NCBI GenBank assembly: GCA_001785615.1
Contig: MFUG01000017.1
Span: 1 to 40,379, forward strand
Direction: 5' to 3'
Length of the DNA: 40,379 bases
Source: Candidatus Nomurabacteria bacterium RIFCSPHIGHO2_02_FULL_42_19
Lineage (GTDB): Bacteria > Patescibacteriota > Minisyncoccia > Phycocordibacterales > UBA9973
Shown: piece after piece, positions 27,602 through 36,333 of the stretch
Numbering within the stretch: position 1 is the first letter of the stretch
Layout of the letters: every line of letters starts with the position of its first letter
Position numbers and translations under genes: made by a program
Notes under the pieces: model-generated
Seen by the model: the letters and a program-made list of their open reading frames with translations, nothing else
Told to the model about the DNA's origin: nothing
Database searches by the model: none

Positions 27602-28849
27602 ATGGAAAAAGACGACAAAAAAGACGATGCTCGAGACCATAAGAGAATCGGTAGAGAATTGGAGCTTTTTACCTTTAGCGATGTGGTGGGCAAGGGTCTG
27701 CCTCTTTGGCTTCCCAAGGGTGCAACTATCCGCCGAGAACTTGAGCGTTTTATCGTGGATGAAGAGATTCGCCGGGGATACCTGCATGTTCGTACGCCCG
27801 ATATCGCCAAGCTTGATTTATACAAAAAGTCCGGGCATTACCCGCATTACAAGGACTCCATGTATGCCCCGATTATTGTTGAGGACGAGGAGTTTATGTT
27901 GCGCCCAATGACCTGTCCACACCACTTTGAACTCTACCTTTCAAAACCACATAGTTATAGAGAACTTCCCATTCGCATCGCTGAGCTTGCTCAACTTTAC
28001 CGTTATGAACAGTCCGGAGAACTCATGGGTCTGCAACGGGTTCGCACTTTCTGTCTGTCAGACGCTCATATAATTTGTGCCACTGAGGAACAAGCAGTTG
28101 AAGAAATCGGTAAAGCTCTCGACCTCATTGAGTATGTAACTTCCGTGTTTAACTTAAAGCTTGACGTGGATTACCGATACCGCCTCTCTTTGGGTGACAG
28201 AAAAAATACAGAAAAATATTTTAAGAACGATGGAGCGTGGGAAAAGGGTGAAGACCTCTTGCGTAAACTGATGAAAAAAAGAGGTTCTAAATTCGAGGAA
28301 GCTAAAGACGAAGCGGCTTTCTACGGACCAAAGATAGATATCCAAATGAAAAATGCCAATGGCAAAGAAGATACCGCTTTCACCGTGCAGTACGACTTCT
28401 GCATGCCGGGAAAATTTAATTTAAATTATATCGGAGAAGACAGCAAAGAACACTTGGCCTTTGTGGTACACCGTTCCTCCATCGGCGCCATAGAACGCAT
28501 CGTGGCCCTCCTAATAGAGAAATACGTTGGCGCCTTCCCTCTGTGGCTCTCTCCAATACAGGTGAAAATCATACCGGTCCGCACGAATCATAATGCATAC
28601 GCCAAGGAAGTTTTTGAAATGCTGATGGAAAATAATATTCGGGTGGAATTGGACGACAGTGATGAAAACCTTGGCAAAAAAGTTCGCGACGCTAAAACAA
28701 ATAAAACATTTTACTGGGTCGTAATCGGCGACAAAGAAGTGGAAGCAAAAAACGTTACCCTAGAATCCCGCGACTCTGGCCAGCTCGGCCAAATGTCAAA
28801 AGAAGAGTTACTGAAAAAACTCTTGGAGGAAATAAAGAATAAAAAATAA
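27602..28849 (+). CDS. thrS: Threonine--tRNA ligase lacking the N-terminal TGS/editing domains
   Basis: Begins at RDHKRIG; RPMTCPHH, YRYEQSG, AAFYGPKID, HRSSIGAIER. Confidence 0.96.
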   Translation: MEKDDKKDDARDHKRIGRELELFTFSDVVGKGLPLWLPKGATIRRELERFIVDEEIRRGYLHVRTPDIAKLDLYKKSGHYPHYKDSMYAPIIVEDEEFMLRPMTCPHHFELYLSKPHSYRELPIRIAELAQLYRYEQSGELMGLQRVRTFCLSDAHIICATEEQAVEEIGKALDLIEYVTSVFNLKLDVDYRYRLSLGDRKNTEKYFKNDGAWEKGEDLLRKLMKKRGSKFEEAKDEAAFYGPKIDIQMKNANGKEDTAFTVQYDFCMPGKFNLNYIGEDSKEHLAFVVHRSSIGAIERIVALLIEKYVGAFPLWLSPIQVKIIPVRTNHNAYAKEVFEMLMENNIRVELDDSDENLGKKVRDAKTNKTFYWVVIGDKEVEAKNVTLESRDSGQLGQMSKEELLKKLLEEIKNKK

Positions 28850-28853
28850 ACCC

Positions 28854-29060
28854 ATGAAAAGATTATATAAAAGTAATACAAATAAAATTTTCTTCGGGGT
28901 TATCGGCGGAGTAGGAGAATATTTTAACATGGACCCTACCCTGCTCCGATTGGCTTACCTTCTGCTCGCTATCCTCACAGCTTTTGTCCCAGCTGTCATA
29001 GCGTACTTAGTCGCCGGCTTAGTAGTGCCAAGCAGGCCTAAAGAACTGGAAAATAAATAG
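28854..29060 (+). CDS. PspC domain protein
   Basis: KRLYKS..GVIGGVGEYFNMDPTLLRL..AYL. Confidence 0.9.
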   Translation: MKRLYKSNTNKIFFGVIGGVGEYFNMDPTLLRLAYLLLAILTAFVPAVIAYLVAGLVVPSRPKELENK

Positions 29061-29085
29061 TTTACTCTCCCCATTTTCATTTTCA

Positions 29086-29111
29086 TTACACTATCATATA
29101 TGATATACTAA
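29086..29111. repeat. Palindromic site upstream of the TrpR-like gene
   Basis: TTA-cac-TATCATATATGATA-tac-TAA. Confidence 0.8.
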
Positions 29112-29125
29112 TAAATAAAAATTAA

Positions 29126-29524
29126 ATGCCACACATATCGTCCAAAAAGCTTAAAAAAGAACATTTGCAAAAACTTTATAATGAATTTAGTGTTGCCCTT
29201 GAGAAGTCAGCTAGGAAATCTTGGGTAAAAATTTTCTTAAATGACTTTCTAACTCGCACTGAGAAAATAATGCTCGCGAAAAGATTCGCAGTCATCTATC
29301 TTTTATCAAAAGACGTTCCCGCCTCGTATATTGCCGAGGCTCTTTATATGAGCCCAGCTACTATTTTTAGAATGTCACTCAAATACGATATTGGTAAGTA
29401 CTCCTCACTTCTAAAGGCAATCAGGGAAGAAAACAAAGATATCTGGAGAATTTTAGAGAAAATTTTAAGGGCAAGATTGCCTCCCCGCGCCGGAAGAGGT
29501 AGGTGGAAATTTTTATATAAATAA
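29126..29524 (+). CDS. TrpR/YerC-YecD-like HTH protein
   Basis: FLTRTEKIMLAKR..LL..SYIAEALYMSPATI. Confidence 0.8.
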   Translation: MPHISSKKLKKEHLQKLYNEFSVALEKSARKSWVKIFLNDFLTRTEKIMLAKRFAVIYLLSKDVPASYIAEALYMSPATIFRMSLKYDIGKYSSLLKAIREENKDIWRILEKILRARLPPRAGRGRWKFLYK

Positions 29525-29547
29525 ACCATATTCGTACTCCTATTTTC

Positions 29548-29573
29548 TTAAGTTATCATATATGATAGGTTAA
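29548..29573. repeat. Palindromic site downstream of the TrpR-like gene
   Basis: TTA-agt-TATCATATATGATA-ggt-TAA. Confidence 0.8.
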
Positions 29574-29611
29574 GAGGACGTGATGTGGGGGAAAAGTAAT
29601 TAAATAATAAT

Positions 29612-30166
29612 TTATTTACTTTCTTTTTTCAGTATCTCTAAGAGATTTCTTATTGCTTTGCCACGATGTGAAAACTTATTTCTCTCTTCGTCTGAGAGTT
29701 CGAGCATGGGTTTGTTTGTGCCATCCAGCTCCACAAATAATTCAAACCATCTACCTTTATGCTTGTTATCTTTTGGAGCAAAAATATTTCCATAATAAGT
29801 ACCCTCCGCGAGAGTAATATCTCCCTCCCCATGGCAGAGTCCAAGCCGGCAGGTAGCGCTTATGCGCGAGCCAGCAAATTTATTTCCCATCTCGTACGGA
29901 GTCATAACATTAAAAAAATCCTTCATGTATGGGCCCGGGAAGCCATTTAGCGCTTCGAAGGATACTGAGACATCATCTACCAGCACTGGATATTTGAATT
30001 TATCGTAAGCGCTTTTAAGCTTGTGCTTTATTATCTCTTCCGGGCTCCCCTGAATTTCCGGTTCATCCCAATTTTTCCGCTCGCAATTAAAAAATTCACT
30101 GAGTTTATAGGATAAATCCTTAAACTTAAAATCCGCCCCCGTAACAATAAAAAGTTTTGGTTTCAT
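29612..30166 (-). CDS. Ham1/RdgB-family non-canonical purine NTP pyrophosphatase
   Basis: PEIQG, VLVDD, ALNGFPGPYMK, SHRGKA. Confidence 0.9.
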   Translation of the reverse strand: MKPKLFIVTGADFKFKDLSYKLSEFFNCERKNWDEPEIQGSPEEIIKHKLKSAYDKFKYPVLVDDVSVSFEALNGFPGPYMKDFFNVMTPYEMGNKFAGSRISATCRLGLCHGEGDITLAEGTYYGNIFAPKDNKHKGRWFELFVELDGTNKPMLELSDEERNKFSHRGKAIRNLLEILKKESK

Positions 30167-30172
30167 TTTTTA

Positions 30173-30616
30173 TTATTTGTCTGGATCATAATCTTCTATA
30201 TTATTTTCAATAAATAAATTGATTGCTTTCATAATATTAGCCATTTCTTCTGGCTTGCTTTCAGTAACTTCACAGGCAAATTCGTAAATATCTTGATTAG
30301 ATATAGACAGCCACTTGCCATTTTGCACAAGAAAGAATATGAGGGTTGTAACTGCTATTCTTTTATTACCATTCTGGAATGGATGGTTTTTTACCATTAA
30401 ATAAAAAAGTATTGCTGACTTCTGTATAAGCCCTTGGTATAAACTCCTCCTGTCAAAAGTTTGGAATGGTGTTTCAATGCAACTTTCTAATTTATCTGGG
30501 AAGCGTGTTTCAAAATCCGGGATCGGTTCATTCCATTCCATGAACTTTTTAGCAAGTTGAAAGGCAATATATTCTACATCTGCAAGACCAATGCGTTTAA
30601 TGGTTTGACGCGCCAT
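30173..30616 (-). CDS. Doc/Fic-family toxin
   Basis: HPFQNGNKRIA; the K in the motif is Doc-type. Confidence 0.9.
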   Translation of the reverse strand: MARQTIKRIGLADVEYIAFQLAKKFMEWNEPIPDFETRFPDKLESCIETPFQTFDRRSLYQGLIQKSAILFYLMVKNHPFQNGNKRIAVTTLIFFLVQNGKWLSISNQDIYEFACEVTESKPEEMANIMKAINLFIENNIEDYDPDK

Positions 30617-30625
30617 ATAATTTTA

Positions 30626-30910
30626 TTATTCCTTACCAAGTTTACGTAATGCATCGCCATATTTCTTTACAACACGGTCAACTGTATTTTCTATGTCTTT
30701 CTTTCTTCTGTCGGGAACAAAAATACCCAAGATAGTTGCATATTCTTCTCTGGGAATTATATAGTTTCTGCCAATCTTTTCGGCATGTATTTGGCCGGAC
30801 TTAATCTTCTTAAAAATAGCGGTACGCGAAACGCCGAGCAATTTGGCTATTTCTGGGGCAGAAAAATATCTTTTGTTGTCTTTTTCTAAAATAGGCTTAT
30901 TTTTCAACAT
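30626..30910 (-). CDS. HTH_17 (excisionase-like) DNA-binding protein, probable antitoxin
   Basis: SAPEIAKLLGVSRTAIFKKIKSGQIHAEKIGRNY; C-terminal KKYGDALRKLG. Confidence 0.8.
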   Translation of the reverse strand: MLKNKPILEKDNKRYFSAPEIAKLLGVSRTAIFKKIKSGQIHAEKIGRNYIIPREEYATILGIFVPDRRKKDIENTVDRVVKKYGDALRKLGKE

Positions 30911-30913
30911 ATA

Positions 30914-30939
30914 TATAGGTTAACATATGTTAACTTATA
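30914..30939. promoter_or_regulatory. Palindromic operator upstream of the HTH-Doc operon
   Basis: TATAg-GTTAACATATGTTAAC-tTATA. Confidence 0.7.
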
Positions 30940-30941
30940 AA

Positions 30942-31853
30942 TCAAATCACTTTTGTTTGTTCTTTTAAAAATTCCCAAAATTGTGGCCAGCTTTTATTTA
31001 CGGCTTTCCGAGCGTCTGGGGTAAAATTTAATTCCTTTTTATTCACCACTCCCCACATGGCCATTGCCTGTACCACTCGATGATCTCTAGAATCAATCGG
31101 TTCGTCAGCTTCCGCTTGAACTATTACTTTTTCCATCTCGTCTAAACGGGGAGTTTCGTGTCCTTGAAGTTTAGACCATTTCACTTTTCCTTCTTCTTTA
31201 GTCATATAGCCAAATACTCTAGCGAAACAATAATCTTCTGAGTGTACAGGAATAAAAGATGCTTTTATTCCGCTTTGAAGTTCTAAAAAGGCCTTGGCTT
31301 GATTTTGTAACGTCTCATCATACTTGGCTTGCCATACTAGCCCACCTTCTCTCTGTTTTTTCCAATGTTTTAATGCCTCTACGGTAGTTATTTTTACTTC
31401 GTAATCAATATTTTCTGGAATTGGTTCTTCGCTTCCTGAAAGTAACGCGGCGGTCACTCGTTGGGAGGTGTCATCAGGTAATGCCCGTAATTCTCGTAAA
31501 TTCAAATTAACTATATTAGGGTTATTGGGCATATTTTTTACTCTTTCTGTAAGAGTGCCTCTTGTTATGAATTTTTTATCACGACCCATTTTCCAGGATA
31601 TGAATTGCAAAATTCTATATAGGGTTCCGGACTCACCAACGTCTATCGGTTCATCTGTATTCCATACGGCCACGACCCTTTTCAAAGCTAGAAGATCGTC
31701 CCCGAGGTCAGTTTGTTGGTCTAAGAAATCTTTAATGTCGTTGCGGCCATTGACCAAATCTAACACGCCCATGCGAATAATCCAAGATTTATCTAGCGGA
31801 ATAAATTTTTCCCAATCTTTGTGCTCAATATTTTGTCCAGGCGTATCTTCCAT
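30942..31853 (-). CDS. Shortened EPSP synthase (AroA)-like enolpyruvyl transferase
   Basis: DKSWIIR, GESGT..R, TSQ..AALL, HETPR, DHR, VNKSWPQF in AroA order; 303 aa. Confidence 0.7.
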   Translation of the reverse strand: MEDTPGQNIEHKDWEKFIPLDKSWIIRMGVLDLVNGRNDIKDFLDQQTDLGDDLLALKRVVAVWNTDEPIDVGESGTLYRILQFISWKMGRDKKFITRGTLTERVKNMPNNPNIVNLNLRELRALPDDTSQRVTAALLSGSEEPIPENIDYEVKITTVEALKHWKKQREGGLVWQAKYDETLQNQAKAFLELQSGIKASFIPVHSEDYCFARVFGYMTKEEGKVKWSKLQGHETPRLDEMEKVIVQAEADEPIDSRDHRVVQAMAMWGVVNKKELNFTPDARKAVNKSWPQFWEFLKEQTKVI

Positions 31854-31856
31854 GAA

Positions 31857-34016
<2,160 letters not shown>

Positions 34017-34050
34017 TTACTTTTACGCCCTTTTTATATAAACTGAGAGA

Positions 34051-35181
34051 ATGTTAAATTTCGATATAAGTTCCCCGGAAGAACAAACCATAAAGAAGAT
34101 CCTTGAGTCAAAAAACGATGCCCAAAGTATCCGCCTAAAGCGTTATCTAGCCATGCCTGACCTCTCCCGCACCCCGGGCAGTCCACTGGAAGAAGTTGTA
34201 AGGAGGGCAAAGGAAGTTCCATCACTTAAAAATTTTGACGACATAAAAATTCCAGAAGTCGTCCCGACAAAAATTCTCTTTGACTTATTTAACATGCCCC
34301 CAGGACATGGAGCTCGAAGTAAATCCGACACTTACTATGTTGATGAAAATAACGTCCTGCGAACCCACGATACAGTGTTCTGGTATTATTATTTAAATCA
34401 TCCAGAAATCAAAAAACGGATTGAAAATAAGGAAACTCTCGGAGCCATTTGTTATGGTAAGGTTTACCGCAAGGATGAAATTGACCGTCGGCACATGAAT
34501 GTTTTCCATCAATTTGGTGGGTGGTTAATAGCGCCGGACGATAAAAAAAAGATTACACCGGAAGACCTAAAAAATACCCTCTCAGAAATAGCCATAAGTA
34601 TATTTGGAAATATTAATTTTCGTTTCTATGACCATAATTTTCCTTATACAGACCCCTCTTTCGAAATGGAAGCGGAAATTAATAGGGAGTGGATGGAGAT
34701 GTTGGGCTCTGGGATGGTAAGAAAAAGTGTCTTGACTAATTTAGGTCTAACCGGCTACCACGGCTGGGCGTTTGGTTTTGGTTTAGAACGTTTGGCCATA
34801 GCTTCTATGTCTCTCCCGGATATTCGTTTACTCTGGAGTGAAGACCCTAGAGTAAAAAAACAGTTAAAGCTCGGGCAGAAATTTGTAGAGGTGAGTAAGT
34901 ACCCACCAATTGTCCGAGATATTTCTTTCGTAGTAAAAAACGATTTCGTGCCAAATGATTATTTTGATTTTGTGAGAGAAACCGCTCCTGGCATTGTGGA
35001 ACAGGTAGAGCTTTTGGATAAATATAAAAATACGGAAAAATTCGGCATTGGGAAAATAAGTTACGCTTACAGAATCACCTATCGATCGCTAGAACGAACC
35101 CTAATCTCTCAAGAGGTAGATACGCTGCATAAAAAACTAGAAACCGAGACCGCTAAAATTTTTGAGGCAGTAGTACGTTAA
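34051..35181 (+). CDS. Single-chain phenylalanine--tRNA ligase (alpha catalytic domain plus FDX-ACB)
   Basis: LRTH, GKVYRKDEIDRRH..FHQ, FPYTDPSFE, GWAFGFGLERLA, DIRLLW; then SKYPPIVRDISF..YRSLERTL. Confidence 0.9.
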   Translation: MLNFDISSPEEQTIKKILESKNDAQSIRLKRYLAMPDLSRTPGSPLEEVVRRAKEVPSLKNFDDIKIPEVVPTKILFDLFNMPPGHGARSKSDTYYVDENNVLRTHDTVFWYYYLNHPEIKKRIENKETLGAICYGKVYRKDEIDRRHMNVFHQFGGWLIAPDDKKKITPEDLKNTLSEIAISIFGNINFRFYDHNFPYTDPSFEMEAEINREWMEMLGSGMVRKSVLTNLGLTGYHGWAFGFGLERLAIASMSLPDIRLLWSEDPRVKKQLKLGQKFVEVSKYPPIVRDISFVVKNDFVPNDYFDFVRETAPGIVEQVELLDKYKNTEKFGIGKISYAYRITYRSLERTLISQEVDTLHKKLETETAKIFEAVVR

Positions 35182-35196
35182 TTTCTTTCAGCTTCT

Positions 35197-35427
35197 TTAA
35201 TGACCGGCATAATGGATAGAAAATTTATCCCTATCTCCCTCTCCTTTTTCATGCCTTATCTCATACCTATAGTTATTAGCATAGATAAAAGTTTTACCAT
35301 GCTCTTTGGCTTCATCTAAATAAGTTTTTGCCGCATGAAAATTATTGCTATGCCTCAGAAAACTCTCGGCGTGGTGAGTGTCACTATGAAAGTCAACGTC
35401 ATGTCCATTAATTGTGTGTATAGCCAT
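35197..35427 (-). CDS. Small His-rich hypothetical protein
   Basis: 76-aa ORF with an upstream TGgTATAAT. Confidence 0.65.
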   Translation of the reverse strand: MAIHTINGHDVDFHSDTHHAESFLRHSNNFHAAKTYLDEAKEHGKTFIYANNYRYEIRHEKGEGDRDKFSIHYAGH

Positions 35428-35616
35428 AAAATAAGTTAGTTAATCTAATAATTATGAATTATACCAAATTCGCCTCAACTGGGCTAATTCGTCTGCCGTG
35501 GCGAGAAAGAACACAGCCACCGGGGCAGAAGGCCTTTCCTCCTCCGTATTATTCATTACTTATCATCTTAATACAAAAAAACAAAATTACAAGATTTCGT
35601 TTAAGTAAAACACTCT

Positions 35617-35652
35617 TTGTTAGAAACCCTGCGATAGCAGAAAGTATAACAA
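35617..35652. repeat. 36-bp palindromic site, downstream of PaaX/Cas2-like gene 3
   Basis: TTGTTAGA-aaccct-GCGATAGC-agaaag-TATAACAA. Confidence 0.82.
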
Positions 35653-35654
35653 AT

Positions 35655-36146
35655 CTACAGTTTTTTGTTTTTGAAATCATACCCTTTTACAAGCTTAAAT
35701 GTCTTGAGGTCTTCCTTTAGACCGATACTTTTTATATAATCTAAAAATTCTTTCGGAAGAGGTGATGGGCCGACCCAGACACTTTTCTGTATCATTAAAT
35801 AATTAAACTTTTTTAGATGCCAACGTAACCATTCCCTTTCCGCCTTCTTGGGCTCCGGAATATCGAACATAACTATTAAATCTCTTGGTGCATTTTTGTC
35901 AAACTTAAAATCAAATTGTTTTAGTGAATCAATTTTCTTCTTGATATAATTTATGCCTTTTGGGGTAATATAAAGTCCATCACAATCTTCTATAAACCCT
36001 TCTCTTACTAAAGAGGACATCGTTCCCCGTAAAGAATTGGACGGATAACTTTTAAACTTCGGCAGGCCTAAAAAATTTACACGGCTACCCTTATAATTAA
36101 AAGATTTACTGTTGAGCTCTTTCAAGATATCATATATAATTGTCAC
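35655..36146 (-). CDS. PaaX-C/Cas2-like protein with wHTH (copy 3)
   Basis: ITPKG; IVMFDIPE..REWLRWHLKKFNYLMIQKSVWVGP. Confidence 0.82.
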   Translation of the reverse strand: MTIIYDILKELNSKSFNYKGSRVNFLGLPKFKSYPSNSLRGTMSSLVREGFIEDCDGLYITPKGINYIKKKIDSLKQFDFKFDKNAPRDLIVMFDIPEPKKAEREWLRWHLKKFNYLMIQKSVWVGPSPLPKEFLDYIKSIGLKEDLKTFKLVKGYDFKNKKL

Positions 36147-36163
36147 ATAAAGAGTATAGCAAA

Positions 36164-36199
36164 TTGTTATAAATTCTGCTATCGCAGAAAATCTAACAA
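36164..36199. repeat. 36-bp palindromic site, upstream of PaaX/Cas2-like gene 3
   Basis: TTGTTATA-aattct-GCTATCGC-agaaaa-TCTAACAA; 30/36 inverted and 29/36 direct to 35617-35652. Confidence 0.82.
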
Positions 36200-36333
36200 T
36201 ATAAATTAATAGACTTAACTATCCTAGAAGTAGAAAACCGCCCTCCAGACGATTTTCGTTTGAAAGACGGATGTGTTTAGAAACCAACAACGTAGATCTC
36301 CGTTGACCGGGTACTCTGTTTCTCCATTTAATT

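Noticed and set aside
35530-35545. RNase P RNA (GAGGAAAGGCC resembles GAGGAAAGUCC)
   Set aside because: Only ~120 nt is available before the next gene and the 3' conserved motif is absent.
36236-36310. Weak hairpins downstream of the helicase gene
   Set aside because: Short imperfect stems that match no family I can recognise; possibly just a terminator.
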